From positions 28,966-92,965 of IMG/VR virus record IMGVR_UViG_3300033149_002985: DNA of 64,000 nucleotides; one strand, written 5' to 3'. This DNA is from a virus. Below the pieces are notes generated by a model that saw nothing but the letters and a program-made list of their open reading frames with translations, had not been told where the DNA came from and searched no databases. This document shows positions 42,177 to 52,894 of the stretch, in pieces. The translations under genes were made by a program, and so were the position numbers. The first letter of the stretch is position 1. Each line of letters starts with the position of its first letter.

Positions 42177-42518
42177 TATCTCTCACCTGTGCCTTTACAA
42201 GATTCACATTCTGTTTGAACGCCTCCACAATTACATTCTCCCGTTTCCCATCCAATGCATTCATTAGCATGTTCTATATACCACCCATCTCCAGAACAAT
42301 TAGAACATTTCATTTTGATCCTCTCGATTCATTAAAGCTTGACAAACATTTGGATATAACTGTTTTTGAGTTTCTTGATCTAATGTGAGTTCTTTATTAG
42401 CCTCTAAAACTTCTTCAATTATTTTATTAATTAGAGATTTAGAAAACTGTGTTTTTCCTTTTAGGTTTTTAAGAACTTTCTTGATGATAAGATCTACCAT
42501 TGTTACCATTACAATCTC

Positions 42519-43082
42519 CTATTTAATAAATCCATTTAAAGCAAGAACAATAGCATCACAAATGTCATTATCTTTAATATCTATTTCTAATAAATTATTA
42601 ATGAAATTAACAACTTCTTTTTTTAATTTGAGCCCTTTAATATTTTTATGGCTTTTTTTAAACCCAACTTTTGATCGTGAAGACATTGGCATAATTAATT
42701 CAGATGTTTTTGAAAGACCTCTAAATCTATCATAAACAAGAATACCGCATCTAGCAAGCAATTTCAGAGTATTAACATTTCTTCCAAAAAAACAGTTCTC
42801 AATAATATTTTTATCTAATTTATATTGTTGGCTAATTTCATTCTTAAAACTATCTAGTTGTTCAATAAATAAATCAATAGTATCCATTTCAGTTATTTTT
42901 TTAGGAACCTTAATTTTATGAGTTCTCTCCAGAATTAAATAAGAATCAGTAGTTCTCATTAAAGCGATTCCAGTTTCATGTCCTGCTACATCCCATCCGA
43001 GAGAAATAAGATTTCTATTTAACTCTAATCCTAGTCTTTCTTCAACAGTTTTTAACGCTATTTTTTTAATATGATTAGACAT
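42519..43082 (-). CDS. RuvC-like resolvase/nuclease
   Basis: GWD.....TGIA, IIE, K, DICDAI. Confidence 0.75.
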   Translation of the reverse strand: MSNHIKKIALKTVEERLGLELNRNLISLGWDVAGHETGIALMRTTDSYLILERTHKIKVPKKITEMDTIDLFIEQLDSFKNEISQQYKLDKNIIENCFFGRNVNTLKLLARCGILVYDRFRGLSKTSELIMPMSSRSKVGFKKSHKNIKGLKLKKEVVNFINNLLEIDIKDNDICDAIVLALNGFIK

Positions 43083-44075
43083 AAAATTCCTTAATTATTG
43101 TTAAAAAACTTATTAAAAAAATCTGGTATGTCTTTTTCTTCAAAATCTTCTAAGCTATTATCCGAAATTTCATAAATGTTTTTTTTACAAATATGACAAT
43201 AATCCCCCAATATAAATATTTTACATTTAGGGCATTTGTTTGCAGAACTAGACATTTAATTGCCTTCCATTATATTTCTTTTCACTAAATTTTATTAAAT
43301 CTAATCCTAATCTTTTTGCAGTTATTTGATTCAACATAACCATATCGTGCCAAGGTTGTCCTATTTTTAAAATATGATAACACCATCTAACTTTTTGAAA
43401 GAAAGATAACTTCCTACCATCAAAACCTTCTCTAAAATATGCTAAGTCTACAAAAGGAACACCTTCTTTTTCTCTTTCATAACTCATCATTATACCTTCA
43501 GAACCACAATCGCATTGGTAAAATTTTTCAAAATATTCCATTATAAAGACCTCTCTGTTTTTCTCAAATAATCATCTAAATCTTTTGTTTCTCCGTTATC
43601 AAATTTAATACCCTCAATAGCAATTAAACCCTCATTTTGTTGTCTAATTCCATCTCCCTCGTTATTACAAATAATGATACAATATAAATATTGTTCACCT
43701 TTTTTTAATTGTTTACCAAATAAATCAACAAATCTACTTTCTTTTGTTCGATAAACCCACCATTCAGAAAATTCTTTATAATGTTTTAAAAAAACTGATT
43801 TACCTATATCTGCTTTTTTGATATTGAAAGCATCGCTGTTCCTTGTTCCCATTATTGCTCCAATTGTTTTGATTGAATTAATTTAATTGTTCTTGAATAA
43901 TTTCCAATTCCAACATAATCTCCATCACATTGAAAAAATTCTAAATCTTCAATACCTATTTTTTGTTGCATTTCTTTTTCTAAAATACCCACTTGACCGT
44001 AGAATTCATCTTCTAAATCTTGTAATTTTTTCCAATAAGGTTTTAATTTTTTAACCATATCTCTAGATAACTTTT

Positions 44076-46106
44076 TCATGGTTTATCCTTTTCTATTTTA
44101 TCTAATCTTGTTAATTTACCAGTTTTCCAATCATAAACCATAGGAATTTCAAATACTTTACCTTTAACTTTTGGTTCTCTTATTTTATCAATTTTAAATT
44201 TTCCATAAGTACCATCATCAGATTCGTATAAATATTTACAAGCAAGCGCAGGTCTTTGTTTAATCATGTTTGGTGCAAACCAACCTGGTTCTGGATGTTC
44301 TTTAGTAGGTTCTTTTAATTGGACAAATACAATTAGAATACCTTTGGCTTTTTCAACTTTTTTTGCCAGTTCTTTAAAAAGCTTATTAGTTTCTGCAAAG
44401 TTTGGGGGGTCTATCCAATCCCAAATTACAACAGATCCTTTTTTAAATTCCACATCATCAACATCATCAGTAACTGTTTCTGGACGATAAAAATCACCAT
44501 CTTTTAAACCCAAAGATAATGCTTTGTTTTTAAATCTTCCTCCATTTTCAGAATAAATATAGTACGGTTTAATTCCTTGTTGAATAAAATTTTCAACAAA
44601 ATTCATAGCAATTGTGGTTTTTCCAACTGCCGTCAATCCTCCTAAAATTATCATGTCCCCAAAATTAAAATGAGCATAGTCATCAAAATAAGGCATTTTA
44701 AAATCAATCGGAATACCTACTTCAGTAATATTGTCAGACCAATTCATGTCCTCTACAATTTTATAATATCTACGTTCAGACTTTAATTTCCCTTGTTTTA
44801 TTAATTGAACAAGAGTAGCATCTATTTTTTTCTTTTCTTCACCTTTGACTCTACCTCCTAATACTGCAATTTCAATATCGGTTTTTGAAGTTGTTCCTGC
44901 CCTACTAACATATTCTAAAATTTCCATTTCTAGTTTTGTTTGGTAAGCATCATCATATTTATTTAAGCTTCTCATCATGGCTCGGATTTCTTGAGTATCA
45001 AGTGGAGTTTTACATATTCTAGGATTTAATCCATGTAAAGTATATTCTACTTGGTCAGGGCTCATTCTCTTTAATAAATAACCACCTAAACTAGTAAAAA
45101 AAGAATTTCTTCCATCCCCATCATCCAATAAATCTAAATGAATAACTTCTGCTTTTATATTGTTATTAGCTTCTGCTAATGTGTGATTATCATCATAAGT
45201 CTGAGTAGGAGCATGTTCTATCAATAAATCTTCTAGAACTTCTGGCATTTGTGAAATAGGATTATCATTTATAAATCTTCTAGAGGCATATCCAACAATA
45301 CGTTTTCGCTTTACTTCATTTTCAATATATTCTTCTTTAACAGCTACTTCTGGAGCAGGTTCTACTACTATTTGTCCACCATCATTTTCTACATCTATAG
45401 CATAAGCATCAAATTTAATTCGACATTTTCTAATATTAATATATTTATAAATTAAATGAAACCCTCCTAATGTTTCTTGAATCCAAGGATCTCCCATTAT
45501 TTTTTTAATTTCCTCTGGAATTTTCTTTTTAGCTAAAATTTTATCTTTAACTTTTTGTGGAGTATCTTCTTTCACCAATAAAATTTTTTCTTCATTTGTT
45601 AAAATATCGATATCAACAACTGTTATTCCACTGACTTCTCCTGTTCTTACTCCTACGTTCAATCCATTAACAATCCAACTTGCCCATTCTTCTTTATTTC
45701 GATTTTCTTTATTTGTCCAATTACTTTGGACTGGATTTTTATCTTTTTTCGCAAGAGGTACTAAACAAAAATTCTCTTTTTCATATCTGTTTAAAATAGC
45801 TTCTAATTTTTCTTGATCCTTTTTTGTTTGTACATCTAATTCTAAAAGACCTCGTAAATATTCTAAAATCTCCTCATCGGAATCATTTCTACATTCGTGT
45901 TCTCTAACAAGTTCAATTAAATTAAATTTTTTATGAGAACATTTTAAACAATTAATCAAAGAAGTATTCGGAATAACACTAGCTGTTAGATCATGAGTAT
46001 CACAATATGGACATTCCAACATAATTATATTTCCAGTTTTTTTCGCTGGATATCCAATTTTTTTACAATATTCTAATATTTTTGATAAAATAATTTGACG
46101 GTACAC
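44076..46106 (-). CDS. Zn-finger / bifunctional primase-polymerase / PriCT / helicase fusion
   Basis: CPYC..C.KC, NVGVRTG.VSG..VVDID, GGFH, GRN, Walker A GGLTAVGKTT. Confidence 0.85.
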   Translation of the reverse strand: MYRQIILSKILEYCKKIGYPAKKTGNIIMLECPYCDTHDLTASVIPNTSLINCLKCSHKKFNLIELVREHECRNDSDEEILEYLRGLLELDVQTKKDQEKLEAILNRYEKENFCLVPLAKKDKNPVQSNWTNKENRNKEEWASWIVNGLNVGVRTGEVSGITVVDIDILTNEEKILLVKEDTPQKVKDKILAKKKIPEEIKKIMGDPWIQETLGGFHLIYKYINIRKCRIKFDAYAIDVENDGGQIVVEPAPEVAVKEEYIENEVKRKRIVGYASRRFINDNPISQMPEVLEDLLIEHAPTQTYDDNHTLAEANNNIKAEVIHLDLLDDGDGRNSFFTSLGGYLLKRMSPDQVEYTLHGLNPRICKTPLDTQEIRAMMRSLNKYDDAYQTKLEMEILEYVSRAGTTSKTDIEIAVLGGRVKGEEKKKIDATLVQLIKQGKLKSERRYYKIVEDMNWSDNITEVGIPIDFKMPYFDDYAHFNFGDMIILGGLTAVGKTTIAMNFVENFIQQGIKPYYIYSENGGRFKNKALSLGLKDGDFYRPETVTDDVDDVEFKKGSVVIWDWIDPPNFAETNKLFKELAKKVEKAKGILIVFVQLKEPTKEHPEPGWFAPNMIKQRPALACKYLYESDDGTYGKFKIDKIREPKVKGKVFEIPMVYDWKTGKLTRLDKIEKDKP

Positions 46107-46337
46107 TTATTTTCCTCCATTATCAACATCAAAAGCAATTTTCTGTCCATTGGGTTGTGTTGTAATTAATAAATAACTATCTTGTTTATATTTTCCAGTA
46201 CCATTACATTTTTTACAATTTCGAAATATTCCCGTTGCAAAAACTCCTTTTTCAAAAATTTCATGAGCTCCTGTTCCTTCACATTCATAACATTCTTTTT
46301 CTTGAGATTTATCAATAATTTCTACTTTTTTAACCAT
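46107..46337 (-). CDS. DnaJ-type zinc-finger small protein
   Basis: CxxCxGxG twice. Confidence 0.6.
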   Translation of the reverse strand: MVKKVEIIDKSQEKECYECEGTGAHEIFEKGVFATGIFRNCKKCNGTGKYKQDSYLLITTQPNGQKIAFDVDNGGK

Positions 46338-46505
46338 AATAATCTCCTATATAATCCCTAATATTCGTAAAATAGCTAAAGTTCCAGCTAATCCTGCAAT
46401 AGTATTTCCGATTGTTCTTATCAATTCAAGTTTATGATTATGACGATCCAAATAATTTTCTAATTTATCTCTTCTATATTTTCGTTTCTTTTTCATAATA
46501 TATTC

Positions 46506-46823
46506 CTATCTATTATCTCCCGAACCATGTATTTTATTTCGTTTTTCTCTATCAACTAATTTCTTAATATTCATTTCAGCTACTTCTTCCAAAGTCAATC
46601 CATAATATTCTGCTATTCTTGTTAAATAATATAAACAGTCTCCTAATTCTTTTCCCATTTCGGTTGGATTTATTTGAATTTCATCTCTATAAGATTTTTT
46701 TAGTTTTTCAGCAATCTCACCTGCTTCTCCGAATAATCCTAATACTGCTCGGAAAAAATCTTCTTTATAATTCATTTTCCAAGTTTTAAAAGATTCATGT
46801 TGATAAGTATTAAAAGTTAGCAT
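46506..46823 (-). CDS. MazG-like NTP pyrophosphohydrolase
   Basis: GL.GEAGE...KELGD.LYY...N..KL..R...GSGDNR. Confidence 0.9.
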   Translation of the reverse strand: MLTFNTYQHESFKTWKMNYKEDFFRAVLGLFGEAGEIAEKLKKSYRDEIQINPTEMGKELGDCLYYLTRIAEYYGLTLEEVAEMNIKKLVDREKRNKIHGSGDNR

Positions 46824-46989
46824 TATTTTCCTTTCTAATATATAATCATCGTATCTGAATTTGAAACCTGTTCTTTATAGGAGTTATGATTAGCTTCTGC
46901 TTTTTGAATTCTTTCTTTATCACCTGAGAGCCTTGCTTCTCCTAGTTCTTTTGCATACATCATGAGTGTTTTAAAAAAAGTAACGGTTT

Positions 46990-48069
46990 TCATTTTTCTA
47001 TTACACTCCTCAATTTAGATGATAATAAGAAATTAGTTAATAATTTTGTACCTGATAATAAATCACCAAAATTAATAGTTTCAACGGGCGTATGCATTGA
47101 TCGTAGAGGTATACCCATAACTAAAGCCCTTATTCCTTTAGCCTCTCCTGTCATATCAACAGAAGTATAACCTACATTATCATAACATGCTTGGTATTGT
47201 ACTTTCACTTTACTATTTTTTGCTACATTTGTCATTAAATTTAAAGATGGCTCGTGAATCCCTAATCCTCTATATAGTGTCATTCCTTTTCCAAGATGAC
47301 ATTTACCAACTTCCAAATCCATATCTGAACCTTTTCCGTAATCGGTTGCAAAGGTCACATCCGCTTCAATAATTAAATCTGGTTTATGTTCCCTAACAAT
47401 GGGGCGTAATTTACTTGTTCCTGTTTCTTCTTGTGAACTAAACGTAAATATTAAATTAACAGGTGGTTTTTTCTTACTTGCTACTATTTGTCTGATTGTT
47501 TCTAATAAAATAAAACAGCCAGATTTATCATCAAAGCCGTATCCTGCATAATAATTGTTAACTAATTGATGAAATGATGGCTTATAAACTACAGGATCTC
47601 CTATTTTTACATGTCTAGATACTTCTCGACGTTTTCGAATTCCAATATCAACTTGTGCATCAGCAATACTAACAATGGTTTCATTGTCTTCATCATTGAC
47701 TAAGTGTGCATGCTTTCTGTTTACAACCGCATTAATATTTCCTTTGTTACCCAAAATAGTTAAATGGCGTGCACTAAGAATTGAATTGTCACCACCGCCA
47801 ATGTAATTAATGCTAATATATCCCTCATCGGAAATGTTAGTAACCATAAAACCGATTTCATCGGCATGAGCATCTATAATTACTGTTCTATCAGTTTTTC
47901 CTGGAATTGTTGCAATAACATTTTTTTGAAAATCTATTTGTACCTTAGATTTAGGTAAAAATTTCAACAGTTCTTGTCGAATAAAACCAGCAATATCATC
48001 CTCAAATCCAGATGGAGAAGGTATCTCTATCAAGGATCGTAATAAATTAAGTTGTCTATTTGTTCGCAT
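46990..48069 (-). CDS. M42 family (TET-like) aminopeptidase
   Basis: SPSGFE, AHADEIG, DDKSG, QEE.G, DVT, MHTP.E. Confidence 0.92.
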   Translation of the reverse strand: MRTNRQLNLLRSLIEIPSPSGFEDDIAGFIRQELLKFLPKSKVQIDFQKNVIATIPGKTDRTVIIDAHADEIGFMVTNISDEGYISINYIGGGDNSILSARHLTILGNKGNINAVVNRKHAHLVNDEDNETIVSIADAQVDIGIRKRREVSRHVKIGDPVVYKPSFHQLVNNYYAGYGFDDKSGCFILLETIRQIVASKKKPPVNLIFTFSSQEETGTSKLRPIVREHKPDLIIEADVTFATDYGKGSDMDLEVGKCHLGKGMTLYRGLGIHEPSLNLMTNVAKNSKVKVQYQACYDNVGYTSVDMTGEAKGIRALVMGIPLRSMHTPVETINFGDLLSGTKLLTNFLLSSKLRSVIEK

Positions 48070-48202
48070 AATCTCTCCTTTTTATACCCAAAATAACATA
48101 GCATTAACTATAGTTAAAAGAACTCCTATGAATTTTAATTTAAGAGTTGGGGCTTGAATTGATACTCCAAAATATCCTATTAACATTAACCAGTAAAATA
48201 AT

Positions 48203-48469
48203 TTATACATGATTTTTCCTTATATCCTTTTTCTTCCAACAAAAAATTGCTTTTATGTTCAATAATATTAATAATGAAGATAACACAAATAAACTAGGAA
48301 TAACTAGCATTAAACTTTGAATAATATACATAAAATTGCCTAAAATATTTGCATAAAATCCTTTAATATTTTTATTTCCTATCATACAAATACCCCATAG
48401 AAAAAATATATTACCTATCCAACCTGCAATATCAGGAATATTATCAATGTAAGATGAAAATATATTCAT
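48203..48469 (-). CDS. Small 3-TM membrane protein (PnuC-like)
   Basis: GWIGN...K...GF....GN pattern. Confidence 0.5.
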   Translation of the reverse strand: MNIFSSYIDNIPDIAGWIGNIFFLWGICMIGNKNIKGFYANILGNFMYIIQSLMLVIPSLFVLSSLLILLNIKAIFCWKKKDIRKNHV

Positions 48470-49032
48470 TATTTTGGCTTTTTCTTGTAATATCCTTGTT
48501 GTAATCTATTCAATAAAGTAATTAAATTTATAGGTGTATAATTAAGATGTTCGGCACTAACATTAATAAATGTACATCTTCTTTTCTTTTGAATAAATGG
48601 TGTTGAATTATGTTGATGTCCATGAATCACATAATGATATTTAGTTAAATCTGGAGTTTTTACATCATGAGGACTATGAACAAATAAAATTTTCTTGTTA
48701 TTAAAATCCCACGAAAAAGTATCACAAATAAAATCAATTCCATGAGTCAAATACCAAGAATATGTTTTACGATCATGATTACCATGCACAAGAATTTTAC
48801 GTCCATTTAAAGTCATAATAATTTTTGCAATCTCTTGGCTCGTTCCTTTTGTGAATACCAAATCACCAACAATTATAACGATATCATGTGGTCTTACTAT
48901 CGTATTCCATCTTTTAATTTGTGTATCGTCCATATGTTTAAGAGATTTAAATCCTCTATTACATAATTTATTAACATTCCAATCATTGAAATGAGAATCA
49001 CTGATGATATATATATTTATTAAAGGTTTCAT
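48469..49032 (-). CDS. Calcineurin-like metallophosphoesterase
   Basis: ISDSHF, GDL, GNHD, H, HGHQH. Confidence 0.88.
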   Translation of the reverse strand: MKPLINIYIISDSHFNDWNVNKLCNRGFKSLKHMDDTQIKRWNTIVRPHDIVIIVGDLVFTKGTSQEIAKIIMTLNGRKILVHGNHDRKTYSWYLTHGIDFICDTFSWDFNNKKILFVHSPHDVKTPDLTKYHYVIHGHQHNSTPFIQKKRRCTFINVSAEHLNYTPINLITLLNRLQQGYYKKKPK

Positions 49033-49042
49033 ATTTTCTTTT

Positions 49043-49693
49043 CTAAAACCATACCCAAATAAGTAAAGGAATTTGAATTAGTAATAATATCCAAAAACAA
49101 ATCTTAGTAATTATAGTATATCTTTTAATAAATTTTTCTTTCCATATTTTTTCCATTAACACTAACCATAAATGACCTCCATCTAAAGCAGGAATAGGTA
49201 AAATATTTGCAATAGCACAGAAGAAATTAAGCAATCCTAATTGTAAAAGTGTAAAATTTGCACCAACATTATTAGATGCAAGAAATAATATATCCATATT
49301 CGTATATGTTTTTACAAATGTAGATTTAATCAACATCCAATCTATTTGCATTCCGATTAAGATTGATTTATAATTTATCAAATAACAAATACAAGCTATA
49401 ATAAAATTAACTGCGATACCTGCTATAAGGATTAAAAATTTCTTAAAATATTTTTGATTTAGAAAATCATCAGAACATTTTTTTGAATCCATTCCTTTTA
49501 AATCACAATATCCTCCTATTAACCAAGGACTTATTCTATAATCAATCCCTTTAATAGTTTTATGTAAATAAGGTTTCCAAAATCCTACTGAAAAAGTTTT
49601 TACTCCAACTCCACATTTTAGCGCAACAAGCATATGTGCTAGTTCATGGATGAAAATTGTAAATAATAAACAAGCAAAAAATTCGAACCACAT
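49043..49693 (-). CDS. M50 site-2 intramembrane metalloprotease (RseP-like, no PDZ)
   Basis: HELAH, FSVGF...GGY, AG..VN, NILPIPALDGG. Confidence 0.92.
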   Translation of the reverse strand: MWFEFFACLLFTIFIHELAHMLVALKCGVGVKTFSVGFWKPYLHKTIKGIDYRISPWLIGGYCDLKGMDSKKCSDDFLNQKYFKKFLILIAGIAVNFIIACICYLINYKSILIGMQIDWMLIKSTFVKTYTNMDILFLASNNVGANFTLLQLGLLNFFCAIANILPIPALDGGHLWLVLMEKIWKEKFIKRYTIITKICFWILLLIQIPLLIWVWF

Positions 49694-50430
49694 TAATTTT
49701 CCTCAATTTCTTTCTCGGTTTTTTCTTCGATTGGATCGGGAATATTTTTAAAAGTATTAACTTTTTCAGAATATTCAATGTCTAATAATTCAGAAATATC
49801 TTCTAAAAAATCTCTTATATCTGAAGTTGGTTCATATAGAACAATTTCTTCTTTATAAGTATCAAATCCGCCCCATAAAACCCCAGTTAATTCTGATTGG
49901 TTATTAAAAATTCCACCACCAGAACAACCGCCACGACTATTTAAATATGCAAAATGATCTCTATCTGTTTTTCTATAAACTACTCCAGAGGATAAATATT
50001 GATGTCCTTCTGGATATCCCAAATGATGAATTTCTTGATCTAAATATGCAGTATATTTTGATAAAACTGCTACTTTTTTATTTTTAATCATACCATCAAC
50101 TATTACATAAGCCAAATCATCTGTTGTAGAAGTAATAATTAATCGTGCTTTCTTATGATCGACATAGAATTCTTCGGTTCGATGAATACAATGTTTAGCA
50201 GTTAATACATGATGATTACCTTTGACTTCATTTATAATAGTGCCACTACAAGAGCCAAGTCTAGCATCACCAACACTAAAAAATTCTACTGTTATTTGTT
50301 CTAATTCTTTTTTTAAACTTTGAGTGCCACTGTAAACAGGTTTTTTTTCACCAAATAAAATAGACAAATCAAATTGGGGTGTTATAATAGCTATAGCAAA
50401 TATCATTAAATAAGATAATAATTTTTTCAT
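49693..50430 (-). CDS. Trypsin-like serine protease with N-terminal signal/anchor
   Basis: LTAKHC, DDLA, GCSGGG. Confidence 0.88.
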   Translation of the reverse strand: MKKLLSYLMIFAIAIITPQFDLSILFGEKKPVYSGTQSLKKELEQITVEFFSVGDARLGSCSGTIINEVKGNHHVLTAKHCIHRTEEFYVDHKKARLIITSTTDDLAYVIVDGMIKNKKVAVLSKYTAYLDQEIHHLGYPEGHQYLSSGVVYRKTDRDHFAYLNSRGGCSGGGIFNNQSELTGVLWGGFDTYKEEIVLYEPTSDIRDFLEDISELLDIEYSEKVNTFKNIPDPIEEKTEKEIEEN

Positions 50431-50891
50431 AATTGCTCCTTTATTCTATCTATAAAAAGAATCCCATCCCAATGATCTAATTCATGTTGTACAACGATAG
50501 CTTCATAACCAGAAAATGTAAGAATTTCTTCATCTCCATTTTTTATTAAAATCCAATTATAGCGCATAGTATCTTCAAATTTTCCTGGTAAGGATAGACA
50601 ACCTTCTCCTTTAAACATTCCTAATTGTTTTTTATTCAAGATTTTTGCATTATAAAGATTATAAGAATTTAACTTTTTTTCTTTTTTTCCAAATCGTTTA
50701 TAAGTTTGTTCTATTCGTATTACTGTAACTTGATAAGGAATACTTATTTGAATAGCACTTAATCCACTTCCTTTGACTTTATGAGTAGATAACTCATGAT
50801 CTAAACAATCAAAAAGAGATTGTAATTCTTCTTTCGTACCTTTGAAAGATTCACTTACTTGTCTCAATGTTTCTAAATTTTCAGTTATCAT
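50427..50891 (-). CDS. def: Peptide deformylase
   Basis: GSGLSAIQ, EGCLS, QHELDH..G.LF.D. Confidence 0.92.
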   Translation of the reverse strand: MITENLETLRQVSESFKGTKEELQSLFDCLDHELSTHKVKGSGLSAIQISIPYQVTVIRIEQTYKRFGKKEKKLNSYNLYNAKILNKKQLGMFKGEGCLSLPGKFEDTMRYNWILIKNGDEEILTFSGYEAIVVQHELDHWDGILFIDRIKEQL

Positions 50892-51469
50892 TTATTTTTC
50901 CTTTTTCTAGCAATAAAATCAACTACTCCTTTTGCTTTAGCTTCATTAGCCCATAAATGAAGTTCTGTATTTTTAGATTTTTCTATATCGTCGTTGGTTA
51001 AACAGGTACGAGATTTTATATATTTTTCCATCATTTTTCGTCTTGGTTTAATATATTGAGACATTCTTGCCTCTTCTTTTCCAACCCAATCACCGCCACT
51101 ATCTATCCAAAGATCGTGAATCATCCAATATGAGTGCTCTGTTATAACCCGTTTAGATCCTGCAAGGGAAATTAGAGCACCCATACTTGAAGCCGCCCCA
51201 TTTATAAAAGTATAAACAGGAGATGCTAATCCAAAAATAGTGTCAATAATAGCAAAACCACAGTCAACCGAACCTCCGACAGAGTTAATCCAGAGACCAA
51301 TTGGTTCATTGTTTATTTCATTTAAACCAATCAAATCTTCACAGACCCGTTTGCCCATATTCACATCTATTGTACCATGTAACAGGATATTTCTTGAGTG
51401 TAATAAGAGTTGAGGTATATCTATCTCATATTCTAATTTGTCAAATTTATTTTTGTCTTTTTCAGACAT
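50888..51469 (-). CDS. clpP: ClpP-family serine protease
   Basis: INSVGGSV, AASSMG, MIH, EA...G.VD. Confidence 0.88.
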   Translation of the reverse strand: MSEKDKNKFDKLEYEIDIPQLLLHSRNILLHGTIDVNMGKRVCEDLIGLNEINNEPIGLWINSVGGSVDCGFAIIDTIFGLASPVYTFINGAASSMGALISLAGSKRVITEHSYWMIHDLWIDSGGDWVGKEEARMSQYIKPRRKMMEKYIKSRTCLTNDDIEKSKNTELHLWANEAKAKGVVDFIARKRKNK

Positions 51470-51478
51470 TAAAACTCC

Positions 51479-52006
51479 TTATTTTTTGACGTTAGTCAAC
51501 CCTCTTTGATAAATAGCATCGATAACATCATTAATACTATTTAAATCAACTTGTCCAGTTAATGCTTTAACAGCTTCACAAGCAGAAGCATAAACACTCA
51601 ATCTCATAATCTGAGCACTTTCTTTTGGAGTTTTGGGATTCATATAATTTTTTGCTGGTGCAGGTATTCCAGTTGATACAGGAGGTACATACGTCTGTTG
51701 TACTTGCTGATTAACAGGAGGCGTATATGGCTGTTGTGTTACTGGTGCAGATTGGGGTTGTTGATAACCCTGTGGAGCTCCGCCTGCTGGTTCAATTCGA
51801 CTGACATTATATTTATTATTTACAAAATCAGCAGTTAAAATAACAGCTTGACCTTCCTGAAATGCTTTGCTTGCAAAATTTTTAACATTTTGCGGACAAT
51901 CTGCCCATTCGCCTTCAGGTTTACGACCTGGAATAATAACTTTAATCATTTCACATCCTGGCTTTTTTGCCGACCTAATAAATTGTGCTTGTACTTGTTG
52001 ACTCAT
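51479..52006 (-). CDS. Putative ssDNA-binding/annealing protein (OB-like N-terminus, P/Q linker)
   Basis: Beta-rich N-terminus, P/Q-rich linker, adjacent to the 5' exonuclease; function inferred. Confidence 0.4.
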   Translation of the reverse strand: MSQQVQAQFIRSAKKPGCEMIKVIIPGRKPEGEWADCPQNVKNFASKAFQEGQAVILTADFVNNKYNVSRIEPAGGAPQGYQQPQSAPVTQQPYTPPVNQQVQQTYVPPVSTGIPAPAKNYMNPKTPKESAQIMRLSVYASACEAVKALTGQVDLNSINDVIDAIYQRGLTNVKK

Positions 52007-52020
52007 AATTATTCTCCTTT

Positions 52021-52875
52021 TTAATTTTTACTTAATGATTTTTTGGCTTCTCTTTTTTTCTTTGCCTTATCCTTAATTTTTTTCTTTTTGTTCAATGCTT
52101 TTTTAACACTTTGTTCATAAGTAACTATCTTCGATTTATCACTATAAATTTCATTGTATTTATCACGCATTTTTTGAAAAGGTAATAAAGAAATATTGGG
52201 GACTTTGTAATTAACTAGTTTGAGTTTTTCTATTACTGAATTTTCAACCCAATCTGGGAGCTTTGTTAAATCCATTATTAATCGCCGATCATCATAATCT
52301 TTGGTATTTATAATTTCAGATGTAACCTGATCTTTTGCTTCTTTTTTAATTTTCTTGGAAAGTAATTTATAGATATCAAAATTATCTGGTTTGATTTTAT
52401 ATCGTTTTAATTTTTTGTGGGGGGAAAAGATTTTTACATTGTCATAAATCCAAAGTTGTTCCATGTCGCAATCTGAGCTAATAATAATAATGTCTTTATT
52501 TGTAAAAAATCTACTAGCTACAGAAGCTATATCATCAAATTCAAGATGGTCTAATAATATTACATGCCATTCCGTAGCCATTTGTATTTTGGCAAGAAGT
52601 TCATTAAGTTCTTTATATATTTCGGTAGGTAATTTTGCTCTGCCTTCTTTATATTCCGTAGAATATTGTTTTCTCCAGCTAGAATAATCATCTCCATGAA
52701 AATCAACCCCGACAATAACAGTGTCTTCGGGTTCAATTCCAACTTTCATTAAATCACTAATCATCATATTTAAACAAGTGTATGACACAGGAAGTCCTGG
52801 ATTGGCAACAGCACACCATCCAGAAGCATGTAAATAATATCCATAATCCATAACAATAACTTTATCTTTCATCAA
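52021..52875 (-). CDS. 5'-3' exonuclease / T4 RNase H-like flap nuclease
   Basis: D, SWRK....YK..R, EFDD, SSDCD..QL. Confidence 0.8.
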   Translation of the reverse strand: MMKDKVIVMDYGYYLHASGWCAVANPGLPVSYTCLNMMISDLMKVGIEPEDTVIVGVDFHGDDYSSWRKQYSTEYKEGRAKLPTEIYKELNELLAKIQMATEWHVILLDHLEFDDIASVASRFFTNKDIIIISSDCDMEQLWIYDNVKIFSPHKKLKRYKIKPDNFDIYKLLSKKIKKEAKDQVTSEIINTKDYDDRRLIMDLTKLPDWVENSVIEKLKLVNYKVPNISLLPFQKMRDKYNEIYSDKSKIVTYEQSVKKALNKKKKIKDKAKKKREAKKSLSKN

Positions 52876-52894
52876 AAACTCCTTAAAATTTAAA

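Noticed and set aside
46107-46823. TAG stops in frame with the next ORFs, suggesting TAG reassignment
   Set aside because: MazG ends at its family-typical GSGDNR, the TAGs overlap AGGA RBSs, other TAG stops are quickly followed by further stops, and long genes are intact in code 11
46990-51469. Protease cluster as contaminating host chromosome
   Set aside because: Same composition, strand and tight packing as flanking phage genes, and the enzymes are divergent or minimal versions
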